The position numbers and the translations under genes were made by a program. From Verrucomicrobiales bacterium (GTDB lineage Bacteria > Verrucomicrobiota > Verrucomicrobiia > Limisphaerales > J093), in contig JBBIJZ010000005.1 of NCBI GenBank assembly GCA_037445715.1, positions 15,645-71,166 on the forward strand: a stretch of DNA of 55,522 bases, in the 5' to 3' direction. The notes under the pieces were generated by a model. That model saw only the letters and a list, made by a program, of their open reading frames with translations, was not told the DNA's origin and made no database searches. This document shows, in pieces, positions 1 through 9,713 of the stretch. The first letter of the stretch is position 1; each line of letters starts with the position of its first letter.

Positions 1-230
1 GGGTGTGCGACCACTGCGGCGGCCCGCTCTTCCAACGCGAGGATGACCGCCCGGACGCCATCCGCGTGCGCCTGGAGGCCTACCAGAAAAGCACCGCGCC
101 CCTGACCGATTATTATCGCCGGCTCGGCCTCCTGATTCCCGTGTCGGCCGAGGGCTCGCCGGAGGAAATCTTCGCGCGCACCCTGGCCGCGTTGAACGGG
201 CGGTCCGGCGCGACCTCCAGCGCCGCCTGA
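1..230 (+). CDS. adk: Adenylate kinase, C-terminal part (truncated by window start)
   Basis: CDHCGGPLFQREDD (end of Zn-type LID) followed by IRVRLEAYQKSTAPLTDYY, the typical Adk C-terminus. Confidence 0.9.
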   Translation, partial: VCDHCGGPLFQREDDRPDAIRVRLEAYQKSTAPLTDYYRRLGLLIPVSAEGSPEEIFARTLAALNGRSGATSSAA

Positions 231-301
231 ACGTTCATCGGTGGGCGCGGCGCCGCCGGTTTCTGCTTCAAGGCGGTCCCGACCCGGGCTACGTTGTGCC
301 C

Positions 302-769
302 ATGCCGCAACGCTGCTGGCTGGTGAAGCAAGAGCCTGCCGATTATCCGTGGTCGCAGTTGGTCGCCGAGGGCGGCACCGCGTGGACCGGCGTGCGCAAT
401 TTTCAGGCGCGAAACCACCTCCGCGCCATGCAACCCGGCGACCCGGTCCTGTATTACCACAGCGGCGCGGAAAAGGCCGTGGTGGGGCTGGCCCGCGTCT
501 CCCGCGCCGCCTACCCGGACCCCACGGCCCACGAGGGCGACTGGGTGGCGGTGGATTTGCAGCCGGTCCGCGCCCTGCCGCGACCGGTCAGCCTTGCCGA
601 GGTCAAGGCCGACCCGGCGCTCAAAGCCCTGCCCTTGATTCGGCAGTCCCGGCTTTCGGTGATGCCGGTGGGCGAACCCGAGTTCCGCCGTTTGCTCGCC
701 CTGGCGGAACAACCGTCGCCCCGCGCCACCGCGCCGCGGACCGCGCGCGCGTCCCGGAGGCCCACGTGA
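302..769 (+). CDS. EVE domain-containing protein
   Basis: WLVKQEP...W.GVRNFQARNHLRAM..GD.VLYYHS and RQSRLSVMPV motifs; ATG at 302 chosen. Confidence 0.9.
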   Translation: MPQRCWLVKQEPADYPWSQLVAEGGTAWTGVRNFQARNHLRAMQPGDPVLYYHSGAEKAVVGLARVSRAAYPDPTAHEGDWVAVDLQPVRALPRPVSLAEVKADPALKALPLIRQSRLSVMPVGEPEFRRLLALAEQPSPRATAPRTARASRRPT

Positions 770-1164
770 TCAACGCCCGCATCGAGCACCTCGGGCTGCC
801 GGCGCGCGATCCGAAGGCGCTGAAGGATTGGTACGTGCACGTGCTGGATGCGTGGGTGGTGCTCGCTCGTGAGGGACCGCCGCCGGTGTATTTCCTGGCC
901 CTGCCGGGCGGGGGACCGCTGCTGGAATTGTACGCGGCGGGCCGCGCGGTGGCGGACACTGGCGACAACGCCCTCGCCGGCTGGCGGCACGTGGCCCTGC
1001 GCGTGGACTCGCTCGACGCCGCGCGGGAGGCCCTGGCCGCGCGCGGTGTGGCGTTTCCCGAGCCCATCAAACCGGCCGGCGGCGGCGGGCGGGTGCTGTT
1101 TTTCCGCGACCCGGAGGGCAACCTGCTGCACCTGGTCGAGCGGCCGCTGACCACCTTTGCCTGA
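766..1164 (+). CDS. VOC/glyoxalase family protein
   Basis: GTGA overlap with the EVE stop; IEHLGL...WY..VL, RHVALRV, LFFRDPEGNLLHLVE; 3' part of ORF 241..1164. Confidence 0.85.
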   Translation: MINARIEHLGLPARDPKALKDWYVHVLDAWVVLAREGPPPVYFLALPGGGPLLELYAAGRAVADTGDNALAGWRHVALRVDSLDAAREALAARGVAFPEPIKPAGGGGRVLFFRDPEGNLLHLVERPLTTFA

Positions 1165-1190
1165 GCCGGGCCGCGCGGTGTGACTCTGCC

Positions 1191-1925
1191 ATGAAGCGTT
1201 TCGACGCCATCATCTTCGACATGGACGGCGTGATCGTGGACAGCGAGCCGTGGCACGAGCGCGCCTTCCGCGAGATTTTCCGCGAGCTGGGCTACGGCGA
1301 AAACCACGGCATCCACTTCCCGGACTACATCGGCCGCTCGGATCGCGCCCTGTGGCTGGATTTCATCGAAAAACACCGGCCGCCGCAGCCGCTGGAGGAA
1401 CTCCTGGCCGCCAAGCAAAACCGGCTCATCGAAATCCTCCGCCGCGAGCAACCCATCTTCCCCGGCCTGCCGGAACTGCTGGAACGACTGGCGCCGCATT
1501 ACCGGCTGGCCGTGGCCTCGGGCTCGAACCACCCGGTCATTGACGAGGTGCTGGCCATGAAGCAGCTCCGCCGGTTTTTCTCCGCCGTGGCCAGCACGCA
1601 GGACGTGGGCAAGACCAAGCCCGCGCCGGACGTGTTCCTGCACGCCGCGCGCCTGCTGGGCGTGCCGCCGATGCGGTGTTGCGTCATCGAAGACTCGGCG
1701 GCCGGTGTGACCGCGGCACGGGCGGCGGGCATGGACGTCATCGCCATCACCCACTCCCTCCCGCGCGAGCAACTGGCCGGCGCCACGCATGTCGTGGACA
1801 CGTTCGCGGAGATCGAGCGGCTGCTGGTCCCGTCCCCGGCAAAGACGCCCCCCGAGCCGGCCGGGGCGGCGTGCACGGCCCCGGCCGAGACATCCGCGAA
1901 GCCGGGCCGGCACCCCTTGATGTGA
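1191..1925 (+). CDS. HAD family phosphatase (beta-PGM/CbbY-like)
   Basis: IIFDMDGVIVDSE motif I, KPAPDVF motif III, VIEDS..GV motif IV. Confidence 0.9.
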   Translation: MKRFDAIIFDMDGVIVDSEPWHERAFREIFRELGYGENHGIHFPDYIGRSDRALWLDFIEKHRPPQPLEELLAAKQNRLIEILRREQPIFPGLPELLERLAPHYRLAVASGSNHPVIDEVLAMKQLRRFFSAVASTQDVGKTKPAPDVFLHAARLLGVPPMRCCVIEDSAAGVTAARAAGMDVIAITHSLPREQLAGATHVVDTFAEIERLLVPSPAKTPPEPAGAACTAPAETSAKPGRHPLM

Positions 1926-1968
1926 CCCGGGCGGTGCCGCCGGGACGGGAAGGGCTGATTTAACCGTT

Positions 1969-4900
1969 ATGAAACGCTGCGTTCTAATTGCTCTGGGGGC
2001 CGCCGCCACTTGGTGCGGCGCGGCCCGGGCCGACATCGCTCCGTTTGTGCTGCCCTGGGACGACGCCTCGCCGGGCGTGACCGACTTGTCCGGCCTGAAC
2101 CGGCCCATCGGCCCCGAAGACCGTGTGGGCGTAGATGCGGCGGGCCACTTTGTTGTCCGGGGCGAACGCGTCCGGTTCCTGGGCATGAACTTCGCCGGCG
2201 ACTCACCCTTCATGCCCACCAACAAGGCCGAGCGGGTGGCGGCCCGGCTGGCGAAGTTTGGCATCAACAACGTCCGCTTCCACCACATGGACGCGCCCTG
2301 GGCCACGGGTGGCGGGTTGCTCAGCTACACCGCCACCAGCAGCCGCAACGTCAATCCCGCCCAGCTCGAGCGCCTGCACTTCCTGATCGCCCGCCTCAAG
2401 GCCCACGGCATCTACGCCAACCTCAATCTGCTGGTCGGGCGCGAATACCGTTCCGGGGACGGCCTGGGCCCCGAGGTCACGAGCATGGACTGGAAGGACC
2501 AGCACATCCTGGGCTTTTTCAACGACACCGCCCTGGCCCTGCACCAGGAGTACGCCACGCGTCTGCTCACCCCCACCAACCGCTTCACCGGCCTGCCCCT
2601 GGCACGCGATCCGGCCGTGGCCTTTGTCGAGATCATCAACGAAAACGGCCTCCTCCAGAAATGGTACGACGGCGGCCTGGACCGCTTGCCGGCCCGGTAC
2701 GCGGCGGACCTCCAAGCGCGGTGGAACACCTGGCTGGCCGCCCGCTACGCCGACGACGCCGCGCTGCGGGCCGCGTGGCAATTGGTCGAGGTGCCGCTGG
2801 GAACCAACCTGCTGCGCAACGGCACGTTCGCCTCCGGCAGCACCGGCTGGGTGCTCGAACAGCACCAGGGCGCCACCGCCACCTTCACCCGCACCACCGA
2901 CTTCCACGGCGCGCCGGCGGCCAAAATCACCACCACCCGCACCGGCACAGCCGGCTGGCACGTACAGTTCAACCAGCCCGGCCTGACCGTCTCGAACGCC
3001 CAGGTGTACACGCTGATCTTTTCCGCGCGCGCGGACGCGGCGGCAGACCTGGAGGTGGCGGTCATGCAGGCGCACGACCCCTGGCAGGCCGTGGGGCTGG
3101 CCCGCACGATGCGGCTGGGCACCGAGTGGCAGACCTTCACCAACTCTTTCATCGCCGTCCTGCCCTCCGGCACGCGGGACACCAACACGCGGGTCAACTT
3201 CGGCGGCCTGGGCACGCGCCCGGGCAGCGTGTGGCTGGCGGAAGTCCGCTTCCATGCCGGCGGCGCGGTGGGCACCCTGCCGGCCGGCGCCTCCCTCGCC
3301 GCCCGCAATCTGCCCAACGTCCGGCAAAGCGGCGAGGGCTTCACCGGCACGCTGGCCGCGCGACGCGACTGGCTGGCCTTTCTGCGCGACCGCGAGGTGG
3401 CGTACTACGACGCGATGGTGGCCCACCTGCGGAACCAGTGCGGTTACCCGGGCCTGATCTTCGGCACCATCCTGGCCAACAGCCCGGCCAGCGTGCAGGC
3501 GCGCCTGGACGTGGTGGACGCCCACGCCTACTGGCAGCACCCGCAGTTCCCCGGCCAACCGTGGGACCCGGTGAACTGGATCGTGCCCAACGCCTCGATG
3601 GTCACCACGACCAACAGCGACAACACCCTGACCGGCCTCAGCCGCCAGCGCCTCCACGGCAAGCCGTTCACCGTCACCGAATACCAGCACCCCTCGCCCA
3701 TGTACTACGGCGCCGAGGGGCCGGTCATGCTCGCCGCCCAGGCCGCGCTCCAGGACTGGGACGGCCTCTGGCTCTTCGACTACGGCCCCGGCCACGACGG
3801 CGTGACGATGGGGCGCATCCGCGGCTTCTTCGACACCGCCCAGCATCCGTCCAAAATGGCCAACCTGCTCCTGGCCGCGCACCTGTTCCGGCGCGGCGAC
3901 CTGGCGCCGCTGGGCAATGAACTGGTCCTGGCGCTCACCCCGGAGCGGGAGCTGGACCTGCTGCTGACCCGCGCCGGCGCGTGGTCGGTCTTCAACAGCG
4001 GGCAGCTTGGCGTGCCCGCCGCGTGGGCGTTCACCACCCGGCTGAGTGTGGCGGTGGGCGAGAATCCGCCGGGCCTCACAAATTCACCCGCCGCACCCCC
4101 GCCACCGGCCGGCCCGCTGGCTGTGCGCTGGCTCAACAACGGCCCCGGCCGCGGCTACGTGCTGGTGGATACGCCGCGCACCAAGGCCGCCGTGGGCTAC
4201 ATCGCCGGGCGCGCTCTTGCCCTGGGCGGGCTGGAACTGACCGCGTCTCCGGTCGAACTCCCGTGGGCCTCGGTGGGCCTGACCGTGGTGCACGGGGAGT
4301 CGTTCACCAACGGCACCTTCCTGGTCATCGCCAGCGGCTGGATTGAAAACACCGGCATGGTCTGGAAAAACGCCAACAAGGACTCGGTGGGCAACCAGTG
4401 GGGCAGCGCGCCCACGCGCGTCGAGGTGGTGCCGTGGACGCTGCGCCTGCCCGTGCCTGCCGAACGCGTCCGCGCGTGGATTCTCGACGAGCGCGGCCAG
4501 CGCCGTCAGCCGATGACCCCGCAGGCCGACGGGGCGGACTTCACCCGCCTGAGCGCGCCCACCAACGCCGCGACGCTGTGGTACGAGATCGAGGTCACCG
4601 CCCCGGCCCTCACCGGTTTTGAGCGCTGGCAACAGGAGCATTTCACCCCCGCGGAGCTCGCCGACCCGGCCGTCAGCGGCCCGGACGCCACGCCCGCCGG
4701 CGACGGCGTTCCGAATTTTGTGAAGTACGCGTTGGCCGCGTCGCCCCGGACTCCCATACGGCCGGGCGACCTGCTGACGTGGGCGGCCGAAACCGTCGGT
4801 GCGAATGCACCGTGCCTGAGGCTGCGTTTTACCCGGCCCAAGGGCCTGGCCGATGCCCGCGTGCGCATCCTGGGTTCGTCCGACCTGCGCCTGTGGGCGC

Positions 4901-5034
4901 CCGCGGCAGATGCCGGGTCGCCGGTAGAAATGGTGGACCTGGGCCCGAACGAGCAGGTCACGGTGCGTACCTGTCCGCCGGGGACCACGGCGCACTGGTT
5001 CAACCAGGTGGTCATCGAACGGATCGGCCCGTGA
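1969..5034 (+). CDS. Secreted clan GH-A glycoside hydrolase with inserted CBM4-like module (GH148-like) and Verrucomicrobia-type C-terminal domain
   Basis: Signal peptide (..AARA|D); RFHHMD, EIINENG (acid/base), NLLRNGTF...WHVQFNQ CBM4/9-like insert, HAYWQHP, TVTEY (nucleophile), QDWDG. Confidence 0.75.
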   Translation: MKRCVLIALGAAATWCGAARADIAPFVLPWDDASPGVTDLSGLNRPIGPEDRVGVDAAGHFVVRGERVRFLGMNFAGDSPFMPTNKAERVAARLAKFGINNVRFHHMDAPWATGGGLLSYTATSSRNVNPAQLERLHFLIARLKAHGIYANLNLLVGREYRSGDGLGPEVTSMDWKDQHILGFFNDTALALHQEYATRLLTPTNRFTGLPLARDPAVAFVEIINENGLLQKWYDGGLDRLPARYAADLQARWNTWLAARYADDAALRAAWQLVEVPLGTNLLRNGTFASGSTGWVLEQHQGATATFTRTTDFHGAPAAKITTTRTGTAGWHVQFNQPGLTVSNAQVYTLIFSARADAAADLEVAVMQAHDPWQAVGLARTMRLGTEWQTFTNSFIAVLPSGTRDTNTRVNFGGLGTRPGSVWLAEVRFHAGGAVGTLPAGASLAARNLPNVRQSGEGFTGTLAARRDWLAFLRDREVAYYDAMVAHLRNQCGYPGLIFGTILANSPASVQARLDVVDAHAYWQHPQFPGQPWDPVNWIVPNASMVTTTNSDNTLTGLSRQRLHGKPFTVTEYQHPSPMYYGAEGPVMLAAQAALQDWDGLWLFDYGPGHDGVTMGRIRGFFDTAQHPSKMANLLLAAHLFRRGDLAPLGNELVLALTPERELDLLLTRAGAWSVFNSGQLGVPAAWAFTTRLSVAVGENPPGLTNSPAAPPPPAGPLAVRWLNNGPGRGYVLVDTPRTKAAVGYIAGRALALGGLELTASPVELPWASVGLTVVHGESFTNGTFLVIASGWIENTGMVWKNANKDSVGNQWGSAPTRVEVVPWTLRLPVPAERVRAWILDERGQRRQPMTPQADGADFTRLSAPTNAATLWYEIEVTAPALTGFERWQQEHFTPAELADPAVSGPDATPAGDGVPNFVKYALAASPRTPIRPGDLLTWAAETVGANAPCLRLRFTRPKGLADARVRILGSSDLRLWAPAADAGSPVEMVDLGPNEQVTVRTCPPGTTAHWFNQVVIERIGP

Positions 5035-5383
5035 ACCCCGGCCGGCCCGCCGTGGACCTTCCGGCGGGCGGCGCCTCCGGCGCCGCGGTCGGGGGGCGCG
5101 GCCGGTAAAACACCGCCACGTGCCCCACCTGCATGACCAACCGGCTGTTGGTGGCCTCGGCCAGCGCCGGGGCGAGCGTTCGCTTCTCCGTTTTGCGCTC
5201 GCGGAAGCGGATTTTCACCAGCTCGCGGGCGTGCAGTGCCTCGTCCAGCGCGGCGATGAAGGCGGGGGTGACGCCGGCCCGGCCCACGAGCAGGAGCGGC
5301 TTGAGCAACTGGGCGGCGGCTTTCAGGTCGCGCAGGCGCGGTGGGGGCGGTGGGGCAGGGGAGTCCGGGACAGGGGCGTTCAC
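5012..5383 (-). CDS. yhbY: YhbY/CRM-domain RNA-binding protein
   Basis: LKAAAQLLKP...VGRAGVT...AL.ARELVKIRF...QVGHVAVFYR; GTG at 5383 overlaps the upstream TGA. Confidence 0.85.
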   Translation of the reverse strand: MNAPVPDSPAPPPPPRLRDLKAAAQLLKPLLLVGRAGVTPAFIAALDEALHARELVKIRFRERKTEKRTLAPALAEATNSRLVMQVGHVAVFYRPRPPTAAPEAPPAGRSTAGRPGFTGRSVR

Positions 5384-6270
5384 GCGACGCTGGCCGGTTG
5401 AGGGTTCTGTGGCGCGGCGGCGGTTACCCCGCACTCTTTGCGAACCAATTCGACATAGAGCCGGCGCAGTTGGCCGACCAGTTCGGAGCCGGGAAAGGTG
5501 TGACCGTCAAGCACGCGGCCCTCGACCACGCCGTGGGCGCTGTTGGTGAAGATCAGCGCGTCCGAGTGGAGGAGTTGACCCAACTGGAGCAGGCGCTTTT
5601 TGACCGTGAGACCCTGCTGGGCGCAAATCTCCAGTACCACCGCGCGGGTGACGCCGGGCAACATGCCCACCGCCGTGGGGGAGGTGTAAATCACCCCGCC
5701 GCGCACCCAAAACAGGTTGGCGCTGGCGCCCTCGGCCACCTCGCCGTTGGTGTTCACCAGCAGGGCTTCGTCCGCCCCGGCGGCCTCGGCCTCCTGGCGG
5801 GCGAGCACCTGGAAAAGCTTGCTGCCGGTCTTGTGCAGGGCCAGGCGGTCGCCCGGCGCCAGGCGCATCTGGCTGGTCACCACGCGCCAGGCCGGCACCG
5901 GCTCGGGCTCGAGCGCGGGGGCCTCGTGTAAGCTCATGACCACCGACGGCGAGTGCGCCCCACGGGGCGAGTAGCCGCGTGGGCCCACGCCGCGGGTGAG
6001 GGTCAGCCGCAACAGCGCGTCGGTGCAGTGATTCTGTTCGATGAGCAGGCGAGCCGCGTGGCGCAACTCGGCGGGCGGGGTGGGGAGTTGAAAGCCCAGC
6101 GCGGCGGCGCTGCGCTGGAGGCGGTCCAGGTGCTGGTTCCAGCGGAAGACCCGTCCGTTGCACACCCGCAGCGTCTCGAACAGGCTGTCGCCGTAAAGAA
6201 AGGCGCGGTCGAACACCGAGAGCCGGGCCTCGGCCTCGGGAACCAGTGCGCCATTTACGTACACGACCAT
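5380..6270 (-). CDS. PLP-dependent aminotransferase class IV (4-amino-4-deoxychorismate lyase/IlvE-like)
   Basis: DRAFLYGDSLFETLR, HLDRL, HKT, EGASANLF, LPGVTR motifs; adjacent to pabB-like gene. Confidence 0.85.
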   Translation of the reverse strand: MVVYVNGALVPEAEARLSVFDRAFLYGDSLFETLRVCNGRVFRWNQHLDRLQRSAAALGFQLPTPPAELRHAARLLIEQNHCTDALLRLTLTRGVGPRGYSPRGAHSPSVVMSLHEAPALEPEPVPAWRVVTSQMRLAPGDRLALHKTGSKLFQVLARQEAEAAGADEALLVNTNGEVAEGASANLFWVRGGVIYTSPTAVGMLPGVTRAVVLEICAQQGLTVKKRLLQLGQLLHSDALIFTNSAHGVVEGRVLDGHTFPGSELVGQLRRLYVELVRKECGVTAAAPQNPQPASVA

Positions 6271-7745
6271 GCGGATTCCTTGCCTGCTTCCTTTGCCGGC
6301 CGACCGCTCGGCGCGGCTTGCTCCAAGCTGTGGCTTTCCCGCCCGGCGTTGTCAAGGCATTCGAGGAACCCGCGGGCCTTGGCCAGTGTCTCCGCGCTCT
6401 CGGCCGCGGGGTCCGAATCCGCCACGATGCCCGCGCCGGCCCAGTACCAGGCCGCGTCCGGCGCGCAAAAGGCGGCGCGAATGATGAGGCTGAGCTGGCT
6501 CTGGCGGTTGAAGCCCAGGTACCCCAACGCGCCGGTGTACGGCCCGCGGCCCACCGGCTCCAGTGCATCAATGACCTGCATCGCCCGGAACTTGGGCGCG
6601 CCGGTGATACTGCCGCCCGGAAAACACGCCTCCAGCGCCGCCAGATGCGTCACCCCGGCCCGGAGTCGGCCTTCAACCGTGGAGACCAGATGCTGCACCT
6701 GCCCGAACGCCTCCAGGCGCATCAATTCCGGCACGCGCACCGAACCGAAGCTGCACACCTTGCCCAGGTCGTTGCGCAGCAGGTCGGTGATCATCGTCAG
6801 CTCGGCGCGCTCCTTGGCGCTGTCCCACAATTCCCGCGCCAGCGCCCCGTCCTCCGCCGGCGTGGCCCCGCGCGGCCGGGTGCCCTTGATGGGCCGCGTG
6901 CGGACCGCCACGCCGTCCATCCGCAGAAACAACTCCGGCGAGGACGAAACCACGGCGAAGTCCGCCGTCTCGAGGTACGCGGCGTACGGCGCCGGCGAAT
7001 GCCGGCTGAGCGTGCGATACAGCGCCCAGGCGTCCACCCCGCCGGGCACGGTCCACCGGCGGGCCAGGTTCACCTGGTAAATGTCGCCCTGGCGGATGTA
7101 CCGCTGGGCCTGGCGCACGCGCCGGGCAAACGCGGCCTCATCCTGCTCCGCGTACAGGGCCGGAACGCGGGGCAGGGCAGGGGAGGGGAGCGGCGCGGGT
7201 CGGTCGCCCTCGAGCCGGCGCCGCCAGAAGTTCACCCGCTCGTCCCGAAGCCGCGCCGAGCGCGAGCCGTCCGGGTGCAGGCCGGTCGAGACAATCCACA
7301 CCCCGCCGCTTTCGTGGTCAAAGGCCACCAGGCTGTCGTAAAACGCCAGCCAGTAATCCGGCAGGGGGAGGTCCGCCCCGGGGTGCGGACGCAACTTGGG
7401 CTCGACAAACTGCCGCAGTTCGTAGCCCCAGTACCCCGCGCAAAAGCCGGCGGGCAGGGGCAGGTCAATTTCCGCGCCCAGGTCCCAGCGGGCCAGCCAG
7501 GCCTCCAACCAGCGCCAGGGATTGCCGTGCGCTTGCTCCACCCGCCCACAGGCGTGCCGGGCCGTGCCGTGCGCGCCCGTCCCGCGGACCACCAGCGCGG
7601 GCGCCACCGCCACAAATGAGAAATGCCCCGGCGCCGCCCACGGCCCGGCGCTTTCCAGCAGCAGCAACCCGTCCGCCGGGCGTAATCCGGCGGCCAAACT
7701 TTGGGGCGTGTGGCCCGAGCGCACTTGCAGGGCGCGTGTCCGCAC
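6255..7745 (-). CDS. pabB: Aminodeoxychorismate synthase component I / anthranilate synthase component I family
   Basis: LLES, GDIYQVNLA, SSSPELFL, TRPIKGTRPR, MITDLLRNDLG, FPGGSITGAPK; start placed at GTG 7745 (uncertain). Confidence 0.8.
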   Translation of the reverse strand: MRTRALQVRSGHTPQSLAAGLRPADGLLLLESAGPWAAPGHFSFVAVAPALVVRGTGAHGTARHACGRVEQAHGNPWRWLEAWLARWDLGAEIDLPLPAGFCAGYWGYELRQFVEPKLRPHPGADLPLPDYWLAFYDSLVAFDHESGGVWIVSTGLHPDGSRSARLRDERVNFWRRRLEGDRPAPLPSPALPRVPALYAEQDEAAFARRVRQAQRYIRQGDIYQVNLARRWTVPGGVDAWALYRTLSRHSPAPYAAYLETADFAVVSSSPELFLRMDGVAVRTRPIKGTRPRGATPAEDGALARELWDSAKERAELTMITDLLRNDLGKVCSFGSVRVPELMRLEAFGQVQHLVSTVEGRLRAGVTHLAALEACFPGGSITGAPKFRAMQVIDALEPVGRGPYTGALGYLGFNRQSQLSLIIRAAFCAPDAAWYWAGAGIVADSDPAAESAETLAKARGFLECLDNAGRESHSLEQAAPSGRPAKEAGKESAWSCT

Positions 7746-7876
7746 CCCGACAACGTAGCGGCCGCTCCCGCGCACGCGAGCCGCAATGCGGGCCGGGCCC
7801 GGGGGCGGGCGGCCGAGGGGCGCGCGCCCGCGCTTTGGGCTGGCCACGCTTTTGGGCGACTGCCTACGCTGCTGAC

Positions 7877-9388
7877 ATGTCTGCCGCCGTCGCCAATCCT
7901 CGGATGCCGCTGCGCGTGTTGATCGTAGAGGACTCGGAGTTCGACGCCCGACTGGTGGTCGGGCTGTTGCAGACCGCCGGGTACGAGGTCACCAGCCGCC
8001 GCGTGGACAACGTCCCCGACCTGCAGGACGCCCTGAAGCGGGAGCGCTGGGACCTGGTCCTGGCCGACCATCAAATGCCCGGACTGGATGCCGCCCAGGC
8101 TCTGCGGCTGGTCAAAGAGTCCGGCCAGGATGTGCCGTTCATCGTGGTGTCCGGCGGCATCGGCGAGGAGACCGCCGTGGCCCTGATGAAGGCCGGGGCC
8201 CACGATTCGCTGCGCAAGGGAAATCTGAGCCGCCTGGTGCCCGTGGTCGAACGCGAGCTGCGCGAGGCCCGCAACCGCGCCGAACGGCGCACCGGCGAGT
8301 TGCGCCTGCGCCGGCTCTGGGAAAGCTCGCCGGACGCGATCCTGATGGTGGACGAGCGCGGCCGCGTGGCGTTCGTGAATCCGGCCGCCGAGACGCTGTT
8401 TGGCCGCCCGGCCACCGAACTGGTGGGACAGCCCTTTGAAGCCCTGGTTACCCCCGCTGAAACCAGCGCAGCCCCCCCAGAGTCCCTGGCAAAACGGGGG
8501 GAGCGGGTCATCGAAATGGTCGGCCGGCGCGCCAGCGGGGAAGAGGTCACCCTGGAAGTGGCCTTCAGCGAGATGGAATTGCCCGACCAGCGCTACCACA
8601 TCGCTTTTGTGCGCGACATCACCGCCCGCCGCGCGGCCGAACGGGCCCTGCGCGCGGCCGAGGAGGAGTTCGGGCTGGCCCGGGATATTCAACAGCGACT
8701 GTTCCCGCGCCGGGCGCCCCAGGTTCCCGGCCTGGACATTGCCGGCAAAACCTACCCCGCCGTGCAAACCGGCGGCGATTACTACGACTTCCTCACCATG
8801 CCCGAAGGCGACGTGGGCCTGGTGGTCAGTGACGTCAGCGGCCACGGCATGGGCCCGGCCCTCATCATGGCCGAGACCCGCGCCTACCTGCGCCTGGCCG
8901 CCCACAACCGCCGCGATGCCGGCCTGGTGCTCACCGGAGCCAATCTCGTCCTGGCCGAGGACCTCGAGGATGGCACTCGGTTCGTGACCAGCCTCCTGGT
9001 TCGTCTGGTCCCGAGCGAACGCGTGATGGCCTTCGCCAACGCCGGGCACACCGCCGGTTACGTGCTTGGCGCCGACGGCGCCGTCCGCCTGCAACTCACC
9101 CGCCAGGGGCCGCCGCTGGGCGTGATGGCGGAAACCGAATATCGCGAAAGCCCCCCATTCCCGCTGGACCGGGGCGACGTACTCCTGCTTCTGACCGATG
9201 GCATCGAGGAAACCGAATCACCCGCGGGCGAGATTTTCGGGACCGAACGCCTCCTGAGCGAGGTGCGCGCCCACCAACACCTGCCCGCGGGGGACATTCT
9301 GCGCGCCATCTGGAAAGCAGCCGAGCAGTTCCGGGCGGGCCAACCGCAAAAGGATGATTGGACCCTGATCGTTGCGAAAGTGAGTTGA
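7877..9388 (+). CDS. Receiver-PAS-SpoIIE (PP2C) protein phosphatase
   Basis: VLIVEDS..D, DLVLADHQMPG receiver; SPDAILMVD..G..VNPAAE PAS; GGDYYD, DVSGHG, NAGH, TDGIEE, DDWT PP2C motifs. Confidence 0.9.
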   Translation: MSAAVANPRMPLRVLIVEDSEFDARLVVGLLQTAGYEVTSRRVDNVPDLQDALKRERWDLVLADHQMPGLDAAQALRLVKESGQDVPFIVVSGGIGEETAVALMKAGAHDSLRKGNLSRLVPVVERELREARNRAERRTGELRLRRLWESSPDAILMVDERGRVAFVNPAAETLFGRPATELVGQPFEALVTPAETSAAPPESLAKRGERVIEMVGRRASGEEVTLEVAFSEMELPDQRYHIAFVRDITARRAAERALRAAEEEFGLARDIQQRLFPRRAPQVPGLDIAGKTYPAVQTGGDYYDFLTMPEGDVGLVVSDVSGHGMGPALIMAETRAYLRLAAHNRRDAGLVLTGANLVLAEDLEDGTRFVTSLLVRLVPSERVMAFANAGHTAGYVLGADGAVRLQLTRQGPPLGVMAETEYRESPPFPLDRGDVLLLLTDGIEETESPAGEIFGTERLLSEVRAHQHLPAGDILRAIWKAAEQFRAGQPQKDDWTLIVAKVS

Positions 9389-9713
9389 GCGAACTGTCGA
9401 GCCGGCACGGGGCCCGGACGCGACAAACCACCACGAACCCGGTGCCGATCGGTGAGGTCACGTTCACGATATGCCACGACCAAGCTCCTGCGTGCCCAAC
9501 CGCACGGCCGGGCAGGGGAAAAGACGGCTCGCACTAGGAGAGCCTGTAACGGCGCAGCGACCTGCTCTGGGGTAAGTTCCAGAGGATGGCTTTTGAATAT
9601 AACAATGATTGTGCGAATATTTCGCGCCGCGCCGGTGGTTGGTTGCAGATGGGTCTTGCCGACCAGCCGGTTTTGCTTCGTTTGCCAACGAGGTCCCGGT
9701 TAGGTTCGCCGCG

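Noticed and set aside
9400-9470. IVNVTSPIGTGFVV string resembling a histidine kinase C-terminus on the minus strand
   Set aside because: Too short; upstream in-frame sequence is unrelated and hits a stop at 9534
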